A stretch of 64,000 nucleotides of DNA, from assembly GCA_963758525.1 (NCBI GenBank), contig CAVWVQ010000003.1, forward strand, positions 4,288,001 through 4,352,000, given 5' to 3'. Position 1 is the stretch's first letter. Each line of letters starts with the position of its first letter. The translations under genes were made by a program, and so were the position numbers. The stretch comes from an uncultured Phycisphaerales bacterium (GTDB lineage: Bacteria; Planctomycetota; Phycisphaerae; Tepidisphaerales; Tepidisphaeraceae). This document shows positions 40,297-51,741 of this stretch, in pieces. The notes beneath the pieces were generated by a model, which saw only the letters and a list, made by a program, of their open reading frames with translations, had not been told where the DNA came from and did no database searches.

Positions 40297-42027
40297 TTAC
40301 GGGCCCGCAATCCGGAACGTCTGTTCCACCGGCTTGGCGGACTGAATGAGCGGGGCGGTCGAGCGTCCCCATTGCCAAGCCACGACAGTCACCAATATCG
40401 GATACTTGCTGCGGGGCGGGATTCGGGTGAGGGTGAGCGTGCCATGGTCGTCCACTTCGGCCGGCCCTTCGCGAACATAGTAGTAGACGGGGATGCGGGC
40501 GCTGGACGTTGCCTGCAGCTTGATCGGCACAGCGGAGTGCGCGGCCGGCTGATCCGGGATCTTCGGGAAATCGATCTCCTGCGGTTTGCCTTTCGTGTTC
40601 GTTAGCGGGAATCGCAATTCCGCCTGCTGAACCATTTTCTTGTACTTGCCATCCCCGGGATAAGTGAGGAAAAACCACATGTCGCTGGAGCGTTTGGGGT
40701 TATTGAAGCCGACACGATCGAACCGAATCACGAACGTATCCAGATCTTTTTGCAGCACGGGCCCGCAGATGGGTGAGATCCTCATTTTGTCGGATTCGTT
40801 TTGAGGATGATCGATCGGGTCATTCTGTACAACCAGTTTGACGCCTTCGCTCAGCCAGCCGTCCCATTCCGAGGGTTTGTCATCCGCGGTCTGCGGAACC
40901 TTGTCCCAGAAGCCGCCCGACAGCTTGAACGTCATGCCATCATCTATTGGCTGAAATTGCAGGTGAACCATCGCATGATCCGGGCGAGGCGGGCTGAGGC
41001 CTTCCCGTTGTCTGTAGCCGATCAGGACGTTGGGCTGACCGCGAAATGCGCTTTGGAAGTTCTCGATCGCTTTGGCCATCTCTTCATCGAAAGCCCAGAA
41101 GGAGCGGTCTTTCTTGCCGTTGTATTTGGAGACGGGACCGGCGGCGGCCGACGGAGGCGCGTTGAGGTGCCACACTTCGTAGCGCCAGCCGTCCATCTCC
41201 GCATCCATTGGGACAAGCTTGACCGGACCGCTCGAGACATCTCCCGCGGACAACCGGTATTGCGCGGCCTTGCGAAGATACATCCCGATCAACGCGATCT
41301 TCTCTTTCGATGCGCTGAAATGGCCGTCGCCCGGCTCGACAACCTGCGTGAACGCGGCATCCGGATGCTTCTGATAAAAGTCACCCTTCAGCCCGGCATA
41401 CCAGCCGCTCTCAAGATTTCCCTGAATCTCAAACTCGCCCTTGGTAGTGAGGCCGGGCACTTCATCGACGCTCCGATCGCCCCAGTACTTCGAACCGAAA
41501 TACGGCCATTGGCCGCTGATGGAAAGCACGCAGAGCACGCGTTTGGGATTCCACGCCGCCACGTCCCATCCCCAGCCCGCCGTCGCCGAGTGCCCTGTCG
41601 GCACCAGGGGAGCGAACTCAATTTCCCCGTAGCCCGACTGGCTCGCGAGCGTCTTCAGGAGTTTCTCGAGAATTGCTCCTTCACCCTTGTCAAAGCGAAA
41701 GCTGTCGGTTCCCATCGCCGGCGCGATCCAGATCTCGGCGAATCCCAGATCTGTGAGCGTTTTGCGAAAATCCGGATCCTGGAAAATCTGCTCCTCCTGC
41801 ATGTTTTGATCGGCGATCACCACCGCCCGCACACGCTGACAAATCTCGGGAATCCAGAGGAATGCGCGGGGATGGTCCTTCGTCTCGGGAGAAATTGCCT
41901 CGTCAATCGGGGCGGACCATTGGTAAACAGCTCCGTGAGCGGAGGAGAAGTCAGCCGAAAAACAGACCAACAGAATCCCGAGCCAACCAAGCGAATCGAG
42001 TTGGAGGTTTCTCGATTGAGTGCGCAT
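40297..42027 (-). CDS. Secreted protein, alpha/beta-hydrolase-like
   Basis: Signal peptide; GHSA nucleophile-elbow-like motif. Confidence 0.6.
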   Translation of the reverse strand: MRTQSRNLQLDSLGWLGILLVCFSADFSSAHGAVYQWSAPIDEAISPETKDHPRAFLWIPEICQRVRAVVIADQNMQEEQIFQDPDFRKTLTDLGFAEIWIAPAMGTDSFRFDKGEGAILEKLLKTLASQSGYGEIEFAPLVPTGHSATAGWGWDVAAWNPKRVLCVLSISGQWPYFGSKYWGDRSVDEVPGLTTKGEFEIQGNLESGWYAGLKGDFYQKHPDAAFTQVVEPGDGHFSASKEKIALIGMYLRKAAQYRLSAGDVSSGPVKLVPMDAEMDGWRYEVWHLNAPPSAAAGPVSKYNGKKDRSFWAFDEEMAKAIENFQSAFRGQPNVLIGYRQREGLSPPRPDHAMVHLQFQPIDDGMTFKLSGGFWDKVPQTADDKPSEWDGWLSEGVKLVVQNDPIDHPQNESDKMRISPICGPVLQKDLDTFVIRFDRVGFNNPKRSSDMWFFLTYPGDGKYKKMVQQAELRFPLTNTKGKPQEIDFPKIPDQPAAHSAVPIKLQATSSARIPVYYYVREGPAEVDDHGTLTLTRIPPRSKYPILVTVVAWQWGRSTAPLIQSAKPVEQTFRIAGP

Positions 42028-42028
42028 G

Positions 42029-42520
42029 TTATTGATTGGCGTTGACGAGTATCGGGGATTGCTGCGAATCGGCGGGGCAAACTGGTGTCACCGTACTCCA
42101 ATACTTCGCCTGTCCTGGGCTGACCCAATCGGTCCCGCCAGGCTTTTTCACCATGATCTGATCGGAGGCGGATTGCAGCGCAGAGAGACGGGCTTGCCAA
42201 TTATCCGGGAGCGAATTGATCCCCTCCCGCACCTGGTCCGGAAGTGCTTCCAGGTAGCCGCAGAACAGCTTCGATCCGCAGCGGAAAACTCTTGCGCGAT
42301 AGGCCTGCTTGCCGTCGTGGGCAAACGGAAATGCCGTGAGGCTGTTGGAGGTAAACCATGTCTTTCCGTCGTCGTCTGAGAAGAATTCTTTGTTTGCCGG
42401 CGCGGGCGGCGTGTTGCTGGAAACTTGGCGGATGATGGAGAATAAGCTCAGCAGCAGAGCCGCGCCTGCAACCGCGGCCGCTGGAGTCGAATTCTTTCCT
42501 AGTGATTCGCGCAGATTCAT
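42029..42520 (-). CDS. Membrane-anchored hypothetical protein (paralog 1)
   Basis: N-terminal TM helix; FSDDDGKTWF..AYRA..FRCG..VKKPG. Confidence 0.8.
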   Translation of the reverse strand: MNLRESLGKNSTPAAAVAGAALLLSLFSIIRQVSSNTPPAPANKEFFSDDDGKTWFTSNSLTAFPFAHDGKQAYRARVFRCGSKLFCGYLEALPDQVREGINSLPDNWQARLSALQSASDQIMVKKPGGTDWVSPGQAKYWSTVTPVCPADSQQSPILVNANQ

Positions 42521-42536
42521 TGTGGTTCGTGGTGTA

Positions 42537-43022
42537 TCAGTTCAGGTTCGCGTTGAGACGCTCGGCGTCGGTTCCGTCGGGACATTTTGGATGGGTGATC
42601 TGCTCGAACTGTTTATCGCGCCGATGCACCCATTTCGTGTCGCCCGGCTTTTTTACCGCAATTTGATCGGAGTCAGCCTGCAGTGCCGCGTATCGGGCCT
42701 GCCAGTTGGCGGGCAACGCATTGATCCCATCCCTGGCTCCATCCGGCAGCGATTCCAGATAACCACAGAAGGTCATCGAGCCGCAACGAAAAATCTCCGC
42801 TCGATACGCAGGCTTTCCATCACGATCGAACGGGAACGCGCGAACCATATCGTCTTTAAACCAGGTCTTTCCATCATCCGCGGAAAAATACGCGCTAACG
42901 CCCGACGCGGCGCCCACGCCGCCAGCCTGACGAAAGACGAAAAAGACGCTGACGCCGATTGCTCCGCAAGCAATGATGCCGGCGAGCACTTGATTTTTAT
43001 GGATATTGTCTCGCAGCGCCAT
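42537..43022 (-). CDS. Membrane-anchored hypothetical protein (paralog 2)
   Basis: Same motifs as 42029..42520. Confidence 0.8.
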   Translation of the reverse strand: MALRDNIHKNQVLAGIIACGAIGVSVFFVFRQAGGVGAASGVSAYFSADDGKTWFKDDMVRAFPFDRDGKPAYRAEIFRCGSMTFCGYLESLPDGARDGINALPANWQARYAALQADSDQIAVKKPGDTKWVHRRDKQFEQITHPKCPDGTDAERLNANLN

Positions 43023-43091
43023 ACACCGATTCCGGCAAAGCCACGGGTGAGAACCAATGCTTTCAAAGCACGGCAAATCTTGTCAAATCGC

Positions 43092-44060
43092 TCATGGCGC
43101 GACGTTTGGCACCAATCCGGTATCTGGATAGATGATGTAATTCAGCGGGCTTCCCGTGGGATTCGTTGTTAGTGACACCCCGCGGACCGATCCGTCGCAA
43201 TACAGAACATTTGATGTGCCAACCTGGCTGCCGTCTGTCCGGATCTTTACGAAGTGGACGATGCTGAAGTCGTGTATTTGCTGATGGCCATTATTGGTAC
43301 TGACCTTCCCCCCGGACACGTTGCAGGTCCAGCGGTAGCCTGACCAACCGTTGATGTAATAGCTCCCCTCTGCACAAAAGTTCTGATAGGAATCACAGAA
43401 GAGCCCGGTGCTCGCCCCGTAAACGCCTCCGCAGTCGGTCAGCTTCAACGGCCTGGAGTAGACAAAACCGTTCCCGCTCGTGTCGGAGGGATCTGCCTGG
43501 GGGCCCGGAAATCCATTTGTCGTAAGGCCACCACCAACCACCTGGTTATACCGATAGGAATACGTTTCGTTAGGATCGTACGAGCCGGCACTGGGCAGCG
43601 TGAGCGGAAGATTTGCCGCGATCGTCGGACACACTTTCGCGGAGCTGTTCAAGGGCATGCCATAATCGTTCAGCACACCATAAACGCCAAACGGCCTGTG
43701 CCCGAGCGGTCCACCAATGTAAGTGTTCGCCGGGGTGGTCGAATAATCGGTATAGAGAGGCGGGAGCTGCCCCTTGTGGTCGGCAGCGTACATGAAGCAG
43801 CATTGTCCGAGCTGGCGCAGATTCGCCTCGCAGGCAACCCATTGTGCCTGCTGTCGGGCAACGGAGAGGGCCGGCATCAGAAGAGAGATCAATACGGCTA
43901 TGATGCCAATCACCACCAGCAGCTCCACGAGGGTAAATCCGGTTCTCCGAAACTGCAGCCTGATCCGTTCCCGGCGGCTTGCTCTACGCGACTCAAATAA
44001 TGGATAGCCAGCGCCATTGGTGTTGACTCCATCCAATGCAAAAGGTGAGGTGTGAGACAT
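43092..44060 (-). CDS. Prepilin-type N-terminal cleavage/methylation protein (DUF1559-like)
   Basis: [32 protein letters not shown]-terminal [10 protein letters not shown]. Confidence 0.9.
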   Translation of the reverse strand: MSHTSPFALDGVNTNGAGYPLFESRRASRRERIRLQFRRTGFTLVELLVVIGIIAVLISLLMPALSVARQQAQWVACEANLRQLGQCCFMYAADHKGQLPPLYTDYSTTPANTYIGGPLGHRPFGVYGVLNDYGMPLNSSAKVCPTIAANLPLTLPSAGSYDPNETYSYRYNQVVGGGLTTNGFPGPQADPSDTSGNGFVYSRPLKLTDCGGVYGASTGLFCDSYQNFCAEGSYYINGWSGYRWTCNVSGGKVSTNNGHQQIHDFSIVHFVKIRTDGSQVGTSNVLYCDGSVRGVSLTTNPTGSPLNYIIYPDTGLVPNVAP

Positions 44061-44309
44061 GATCGTTTCCTCGAGCGGGGGTGTGACGCCACGGCTCCGA
44101 CGAAGCGCCCTCGCGAGCGGCGGGAGCCTGCTTAAGATTTCGTTTATGCCACATATAATACGCCGTCGGCGGTGTGTCTCAAAGCTAGCTTTGCGTATTA
44201 CTCTGCTCAGTTTGCGTCACCAATGAGAAGCGCCGTTTGGACACGCTGGCGGCAGATGCAAAGCGAAGCACTGCGCAACGGCGCATCTCCATACCTGATC
44301 CCCAATCAC

Positions 44310-45365
44310 TCAGCCTGTGACCGTCGTCACCGGCTCCGCATGACGAATATGCGCTTCTACGGGACGATGCGACGAACGCATCGCCAACTCCTCCGTCACC
44401 GCGTATTTCAAGGGCTTGCCCGCCAGATATCGCTCGAGCTCATCGACCATGCATCGCCCCATCCGCCGGCACTCCGGGCCGGCCGACCCCGCGATGTGAG
44501 GGGTGAGCACCACGTTCTCCAGTTGATACAGCGGAGAATCAGGCTCCGGCGGTTCCTTGACTGTCACGTCCAATACCGCCTGCAGATCGGTTCGCCGTGA
44601 GAGCACGGCGATCAATTCCGCCTCGCGCACCAGTTCACCGCGTGCGGTGTTGATAAACGTGGCGACGGGTTTCATCGAAGCGATGTGCTCGCCGGTGATC
44701 ATTCCCCGTGTTTCGGGAAACGATGGCGTGTGAAGCGAAACCACATCGCTGCGCCGAAAGAGATCGTCCAGCGACACCTGCTCCACGCCCAAATCTTTGG
44801 CTTCCTCGCTCGCGAGGAACGGGTCGTGGACCAGCACGTTGAGATTGAACGGCCGGAGCAGCTTCAGAAATTTCCGGGCGATCGCGCCCAGCGAAATGAG
44901 CCCAACGGTGCTGCCATAGCAGCCGGGAACCTGATTGCGATCCGGATGCCGGCGATGTTCCCCCGTTTGCCGCGCCAGCCGCCAGCCGTGCTTCAGAGAG
45001 AATAGAGTCGCAGCCAGCGCATATTCCGCGACCGGGACCGCATTCGCTTCCAGTGCGGTGGTAAGGACAATCCCGCGCTCCCACACGGCGGCCGTGAGGA
45101 TCGAGCCGACGGATCCGGCCCCGTAGAAGACCGCCTTGAGACGGGGCGTGGCCGACAGGAATGCCTCGTCAAGGAGCGGCCCGCCCCAGCCGGAAAAGAG
45201 CACGTCGACGTGTGCCAGAAGTTCCTGGCGGCCGAGCAACTCACGGGTTGACAGAGGCGGGGCGACAATGTCGACCAATGCCGCAATGTCGCATTGTTCC
45301 TCAGGGCCATAGATCAGCCCGAAGGAGTTTGGGTCCAAAACATATAACCCGCGAAGTCGCGACAT
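44310..45365 (-). CDS. D-isomer-specific 2-hydroxyacid dehydrogenase
   Basis: FINTARG, LDVT..EP, LTPHIAG. Confidence 0.92.
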   Translation of the reverse strand: MSRLRGLYVLDPNSFGLIYGPEEQCDIAALVDIVAPPLSTRELLGRQELLAHVDVLFSGWGGPLLDEAFLSATPRLKAVFYGAGSVGSILTAAVWERGIVLTTALEANAVPVAEYALAATLFSLKHGWRLARQTGEHRRHPDRNQVPGCYGSTVGLISLGAIARKFLKLLRPFNLNVLVHDPFLASEEAKDLGVEQVSLDDLFRRSDVVSLHTPSFPETRGMITGEHIASMKPVATFINTARGELVREAELIAVLSRRTDLQAVLDVTVKEPPEPDSPLYQLENVVLTPHIAGSAGPECRRMGRCMVDELERYLAGKPLKYAVTEELAMRSSHRPVEAHIRHAEPVTTVTG

Positions 45366-45607
45366 CAGTAATTCCTCAACGGCGAGATTTTGAGCGTATC
45401 ATTCGCAGTCGCGATCATCCTTCTGCGTCGACGGCCTATCAGCATCGGCAGGGCTCCGCCCAAAACCAGCGTCGCGGTGGCGGGCTCGGGCGTGGCGCTG
45501 TACGTCAGCGCGAGACTGCCGCTGCCGCCGGTGCCCAGCACATCGAGGTGGAAGTAGCTGCCCGGTTCAGTAACTGTGTTTGTCCACGCGTCTATCAAAC
45601 CCCTCAA
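45365..45607 (-). pseudogene. PEP-CTERM protein remnant
   Basis: TPEPAT + TM helix + RRRRR with almost no passenger domain. Confidence 0.6.
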
Positions 45608-45795
45608 TAACCGCTTTCAGCACACACTTCTCGATGGTAACCATGCAGGGCCACCGCAAAAAAGCATCTTTTGCTTGTTTCATTGCTCATTTTGCGTCAT
45701 AACATAATTTGACGCACTCGGCGATTCCGCCTTGCAGTTGATTAGAAAGTTGGGGGCTTTTCCGTTCTTTGGCTGAGAAAAAAATTGGATCAAGC

Positions 45796-46959
45796 ATGGC
45801 GGACAAGCGGCTGATTGTCGGAGTAGCTGTCAATGGAATGACCAACTACGGCCGTGCGATTCTCCGTGGCGTGGCGCGCTACTCGAACACACGGCACGAA
45901 TGGCTGCTTCACGAGGATCTGCGTTTGCGGAATCCGGAGCGTCACCCTTGGCCGGAGTGCGATGGAGCGATTGTCGCCGGCGTCAATGCTCAGTTTCTCA
46001 AAGCCGTCCGGCTTCGCTCCCGGCATATCGTCAGTTGCTCCGGCAGTCACGATCCGAAACAATTTCCTGTCGTCTGCGCCGACAGTGTGGCGATCGGTCG
46101 CATCGCTGCCGAGCACCTCATGGAATGCCGGCTGCGCCACTTCGCGTTTTACGGTGCTGGGCGCGGAGGAATTACGACCCGACGTCTTGAGGGCTTCGAA
46201 GCGGCGCTGAGCGCACGCGGCTTTTCCTGCAGGCAGGTGCCATTGGACACGCAGGACCAAAATCAGTTCGTGGAGCATTCCCATTGGCCGGCGCTGATCG
46301 ACTGGCTTCAGGCTCTCCCCAAGCCGGCAGGCATCTTCGCCATTGATGATTCTCTCGCCCACGATCTCGCCGCCGCCTGCCTGGCAGCCGATATCGCCGT
46401 GCCGGATCGTGTCGCCATCATCGGCGCCAACAATGATGACCTGGTCTGCGAAACCTCATTTCCGCCTCTGTCCAGTGTCGAAGTCGATTTCAGCCGGGTG
46501 GGATATCTCGCGGCGCGCCAGTTGGATGGCCTGTTGCACGGCGACGCGCTTCCGGATGCAGAGCGGGTGATTCATGTTCCGCCGCTGGGCGTTGTCCAGC
46601 GTCTGAGCACCAATGTGCAGGCGGTCGATGATCCGCAGTTGGCCGCGGCGGTCGCGTTCATCCGCGATCACGCCTGCGATCCGTGCGATGTCAGCGACAT
46701 TATGAAGGAAGTGCCCGTAAGTCGAAGCTGGCTGGAAAGGCAGTTCGCCCAGAAGCTGAACCGCACGCCGCATGATGAGATCGTTCGCGTTCGAGTAGAG
46801 CGGGCGCGCCGGCTGCTGCTGGAATCAGATGAGAAGATCGAGCGTGTTGCGGGTCGCTGCGGATTCACGGCCGTGCAGAACTTCGGGCGTGTTTTTCGCC
46901 AAGCGATGGGGACAACGCCCGCGGCTTTCCGCCGGGCGCATTACCGGGGCGGCGTGTAG
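45796..46959 (+). CDS. XylR-family (sugar-binding domain + AraC HTH) regulator
   Basis: AAEHL..G/L.HFAF, VPD.VAIIG..ND; C-terminal AraC HTH (VA.RCGF..F.RVFR..G.TP..FR). Confidence 0.9.
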   Translation: MADKRLIVGVAVNGMTNYGRAILRGVARYSNTRHEWLLHEDLRLRNPERHPWPECDGAIVAGVNAQFLKAVRLRSRHIVSCSGSHDPKQFPVVCADSVAIGRIAAEHLMECRLRHFAFYGAGRGGITTRRLEGFEAALSARGFSCRQVPLDTQDQNQFVEHSHWPALIDWLQALPKPAGIFAIDDSLAHDLAAACLAADIAVPDRVAIIGANNDDLVCETSFPPLSSVEVDFSRVGYLAARQLDGLLHGDALPDAERVIHVPPLGVVQRLSTNVQAVDDPQLAAAVAFIRDHACDPCDVSDIMKEVPVSRSWLERQFAQKLNRTPHDEIVRVRVERARRLLLESDEKIERVAGRCGFTAVQNFGRVFRQAMGTTPAAFRRAHYRGGV

Positions 46960-47008
46960 CCTCCGAGCGGCGGGGTGGGTGAGTCTTCAGTTCTCAAGCC
47001 GCTTGGAA

Positions 47009-47779
47009 CTAACGGACCTCCTCCAACAGCGCACAAAGCGTGAGCACATCATTCTTAAACTGTTCGACGTCGCCGTCCCGGACAAATTCCAGCGAGGCGT
47101 GCCGTCGTACTGCGGTCTGTGACAGCAGGCGGAAATATTCTCGCCAGCGTGGCGCGCCCGCCTCCAGCGGCAGGCGATGCTCGTGATCCGGCCACCAGTG
47201 GAACACGTGGACGTTCTGGACGTGTTCGAGCATGAATCGCAACCCCCGCGCGCACTCGTCCTGCTCCACTCCGTTGGGCGGTTGCCAATAGGTCGTGAGA
47301 TTCGGCCGCGCGATTGCATTGACTAGTTGCAGCGCCGCTTCGGGTCGATCGCAGAGCGTCCCGGCGTGAAATTCCAGCGCCACGCCGATTCCGTCAGCGG
47401 CCGCTCTGTCACAGGCAGACGCAAGATCGGTGATGATCGCGCATCGCGTTGACGAGTCCGCCTCCGAAGATCCCATGTTCCCCGCCCAGACGCGGACGAT
47501 CGGAGCGCCCAGAGCCAGCGCCGTCTTGCATGCCGAGTCGAACGTCAGCCCCTGCGATTGGCTGACAGCCGCCCGGTAGTACGATCCATAGGCCGATACC
47601 TCCAAGCCGGAGGCGGTCGTCAACTGGCCCACGCGCGCCGCGGCCGCCAGATCTCCGTGCGGCACATGGACGTCGCCGCCCCATTCGATACTGCGCAAGC
47701 CGGCCTCAACACAGAGCGCAACGATCCTCTCCGGCGGCAACTCGCGAAAGGTGATGGAAACGAGTCCTGGAATCAGCAT
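47009..47779 (-). CDS. Sugar phosphate isomerase/epimerase
   Basis: SITFR, IEWGGDVH, RVWAG, EFH, YWQP, HVF. Confidence 0.85.
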   Translation of the reverse strand: MLIPGLVSITFRELPPERIVALCVEAGLRSIEWGGDVHVPHGDLAAAARVGQLTTASGLEVSAYGSYYRAAVSQSQGLTFDSACKTALALGAPIVRVWAGNMGSSEADSSTRCAIITDLASACDRAAADGIGVALEFHAGTLCDRPEAALQLVNAIARPNLTTYWQPPNGVEQDECARGLRFMLEHVQNVHVFHWWPDHEHRLPLEAGAPRWREYFRLLSQTAVRRHASLEFVRDGDVEQFKNDVLTLCALLEEVR

Positions 47780-48198
47780 GGAAATCCACGTGACCTTGCG
47801 CGATCACGCGCTTTGTGAAACCACATTGAGCGGCTGCGCCGCAGGGCAGCATCGCCTTCGCACTGGGTGTGTTCCCGCGCGTTCATTGAGGCTATATGAC
47901 CTTGCGCGATTACGCGCTTCCAAAAACCGTTTAGCGGCTGCCCTAAGGGCAGCATACTGCTGGCACGTGCGCGTAATCGCGCACGTTCCTTCAGTTAGAG
48001 CGCGTATCGTGTCAAATGGTGATCAGCGCACAAGCATTACGAAATTCTCGGGTGTGGCGATTAGTAGTGGCGATCGATCGCCTTGCTCCGCCTCTCGGAT
48101 AGCGATCGGTCGACTCTGGCTGCTTTGGCGGTAGACTTTGCCTGGTTAGGCGAGCTTCGTTTGGGCGCGATCGACTCTTTCTGCAAAACGAGTTTCTC

Positions 48199-51100
48199 AT
48201 GACAAAGCGATCCGCCCGGCGGCGAATTCCCACGGGATCTCCGATGATTCCGCGGCCAGCCTGCAGCCATGCGCTGGCGTCGGCATCTGCTTGGGTCGAG
48301 TTGCTCGAACGCCGAGTCTTCTTGTCTGCAAGTGTTCCGGCATTTCAGTCGCCGATGCAGGTCTCGGCCGGCTCTTCGCCGGTCGCGTTGACTACCGACG
48401 ACTTGGACGGTGACGGCAACGAGGATCTTGCCGTCGCCGACAGCAGCACTAACAGCGTGAGCGTTCTGCTCGGGAATGGCGACGGGACGTTTGGCAAGCC
48501 GGCGAGTTATCCGGTCGGCGCCGATCCGACGGCGATCGCGACAGACGATCTCAATGACGATGGCTATGACGATATCGTCACTGCCGATGCCGGCAGCGGC
48601 GATATCAGCGTCCTGCTCGCCAAGGTCGATTCCGACGGCAATCAAACCGGCGGCTTCGCAAAAGCGATGACGTTCCACGTCGAGCCCGGCGGGCAGGGGC
48701 CGGTGTCTCTCGTAACCGACGATTTCAACAACGACGGCAACGACGACATCGCCGTGGCCGGCGCCGGGGGCCTTTATGTCCTGCTCGGAAATGGGGACGG
48801 GACGCTTCAGAAGCCGATGAAAGTCTCGGGCGATCCGCTCGTCGGCATAGTGAGCGGCGACTTTAACCAGGATGGCAATGAGGACCTGGCAGTCACGAAT
48901 CCAACAGCGGGTAAGGTGGAAGTTTTCGCCGGTAACGGCGATGGGACCTTCGGCGCCCATTGAGCGAGACGGCGGCTCCGGGTGTAACGGGAATTACGAC
49001 AGGGGACTTCAACAGCGATGGCGTCACCGATCTTGCGGTCACCATGCCTGGACAGAATCAGGTCGACGTGCTCCTGGGAAACACAACGACGGTGACTGAA
49101 ACAGAGCCGCCGATTCCGATCGATCCGATTCCCGTTTCTCCGATCGCAACTCCCCTTGCTACCAACTCGGCGGTTTCATCCACGGGCCCGGTCTTCCTTG
49201 GCGGATCTAGCGGCAGCGACTTCACTTACTCGACCGGCACCGGCACGTTTGCTGCGCCGATCGTCATCCCAATCTCCGGCCGGCCGATGTCGATCACCGT
49301 GGACGATGTCAACGGCGACGGCATCGACGACCTGATCATTGCCAATGCCTCCGCGAATGCCGTAACGGTTGTCCCCGGCAACGGCGACGGCACGTTCGGC
49401 GCCGCAGTCGACGTTCCGATGGGCGCCAGCCCGTCGGCGGTTGCCACCGATGACTTCAACAACGACGCCGGGATCGATGTTGCCGCGGTCAACTCCTCAG
49501 GCACCGTGAGCGTTGCACTGCAGCAGTCCGCCGACGTCGGCGTCGCGCTGGCTGCAAGCGGCCCAAGCGTCGTGTTGAATTCCAACCTCACCTATACGGA
49601 ATTGGTGACCAACACCGGCCCCGGCTCGGCCTCCAATGTTACTCTTATCGATAATCTTCCGGCCGGAGCGACGCTCGTTTCGGCAACCAGCAGCACGGGA
49701 TCGGTCGATACAACCACCAACAGCGGCGAGGCGGACGTCAAACTCGGCAGTCTCGCCAGTGGGGCGTCGGCAACGGTGACCATTGTCCTCAAACCGACTG
49801 CCTACGGCACCTTGAGCAACAGCGTCTCGATCAACTCCGACTCGATCGATCCGTCTTACGACAACAACTATGCCAGCGTCGATACACCGGTCGTCGGCAG
49901 CAGCGGGGCGGAAGTGGCCGTCACGTCTGACGCCGGCGGTTACTTCGCGCAGGTCGGTCAGGACATCACCGATTCATTTACGGTCACCAACAACGGCCCC
50001 GAGGGCGCGAGCGGCCTCTCCTTCACCGACGCGCTCCCCAGCGGCGTTACCTATGTCTCCAGCAGCACGAGCCAGGGGACCATCACCGGAAGCTCGGCGA
50101 CGCAGGTCTCCGCGAGCCTGGGCGATCTCGCAGTCGGGGCGTCGGCAACGGTATCCGTCACTTTCACCGCATCCGCAACAGGTCAGCTCACCGATACCGC
50201 GGCAGTGAGCGCCGCTGATCCCAGCACCGACCCGTACGCCGCCGACAATACCGCGACGGCAAACACCTTTGTCTTCGGCCGATACCACCCCGGGCCGATC
50301 CCGATTTTGCCGATCAGCATTCCCGGAGGAGCGAACGGCGGCCTCTACACGCTGGCGTCGACCTCCGGCGCATTGTCGACTTCGGCCGCCGCTGGTCCTG
50401 CGGACGCGGCGCCAACGATCAGCATCGCCAATGTCAGGAAAGTCGACGTTGCCAAGGGAACCACCGACTTCACGTTCACTGTCACTCGATCGGGCAATCT
50501 GAATGGCACGTCATCGCTGCGTTACCAAACCGTCGATGGCACCGCCAAATCCGGCATCGCCTACCAGGCCAGCAAGGGGGAGCTTTCGTTTGCCGCGGGA
50601 GTTGCACAGCAATCGGTGACGGTGCAGGTCAACGGCTCCACGGCGCATTTGCCGGATCAGACTTTCGTCGTCGAACTGACCGGCGCGAATAATGCCACGC
50701 TCAAGCGCTCCCGAGCCACGGGCACGATCATCAGCGCCACGAAAAAGGGCGCCGCCAAATCGATTCCAAAGCCCAAGCCCGCGGCGAATCCAGCGGCGGA
50801 TGGATTGAAGATCAACTTCGAGCCTGCCAGCGGTCCTGCCGTCGCGGGTTATCTTGAGGATACGGGTCTGCCTTACGGCGACCGCGGCAACAGCCTCACG
50901 TTCGGCTGGAGCAGCGACAATACCGCCAATGCCGCCACTCGCCCCGGCGTGAAGGATCCGCGCAACGCCACGTTTAATCTGCTCGGATCCCCCGGTGCAG
51001 CGATCTGGCAGATCGCGCTCCCTGACGGGCGATACACCGTTCAGATCGGCGCGGGCGATTCGACGATTACTTCCGGCGCAGATGCCATCGAAGCCAACGG

Positions 51101-51251
51101 CAAGCTTGTCGTCAACGCCAAGCTCAAAAAGAATCATCCGTTCGTCTCCGGAACCGCGGCAGTAAGCGTGAGCAATGGTGTGTTGGCGCTGACAGATGCG
51201 CTATCGACCGCCGCGCCGGTGGATTTCGTGAGGATCAAATTCAAAGGGTAG
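48199..51251 (+). CDS. Large surface protein: FG-GAP repeats, DUF11, Calx-beta (frameshift near 48960)
   Basis: ELLERRVFLS; D(F/L)N.DG..D repeats; VTN.GP..A DUF11 motifs; Y.TVDGTA..G..Y. Confidence 0.85.
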
Positions 51252-51284
51252 CGCTGGTGCTCGCGTCTCACGTCAGCACGCCGA

Positions 51285-51314
51285 TCGCAGCCGCGGATGT
51301 ACATCCGCGGCTTC
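51285..51314. repeat. Palindromic REP-like element, second copy
   Basis: Identical to 40248..40277. Confidence 0.85.
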
Positions 51315-51464
51315 CGTCCCCGTTATGGCGAGGGTCCACCACAAGAAGTCTATGACGTGACCAGCGTGCGACATTCAGGCTTGCACCATCTCGAGTATAC
51401 AAGCCGGGACAATATGCGCCGTAGCACCGTCACGATAGAATACCAAGCGGAGGTACAGCCTACC

Positions 51465-51710
51465 ATGAACGTCATCCTTAGCGCCGAGACACAGCAACTG
51501 TTGGACGAACGAATGAAGAAGGCCGGATTCGCCAGCGCGGATGACGCGCTTCGCTTTGCTCTTCAGACGCTGGAACAACTCGAAGCCGAGGATCTGGATG
51601 ACGATACGTTGGCGGCCATCGAAGAAGGTCTCTCGCAGGCGAACCGCGGTGAGGGCAAGCCGTGGGAAATAGTTCGGGCAGAACTGCGGGCAAAATACAT
51701 CGCGGAGTAG
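51465..51710 (+). CDS. ParD-like antitoxin (apparently orphan)
   Basis: RHH-like N-terminus; AIEEGL.QA.RGEG.PWE.VR C-terminus. Confidence 0.7.
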   Translation: MNVILSAETQQLLDERMKKAGFASADDALRFALQTLEQLEAEDLDDDTLAAIEEGLSQANRGEGKPWEIVRAELRAKYIAE

Positions 51711-51741
51711 GGGAAATGCCGCCTAATCAATACGGCGCTCG

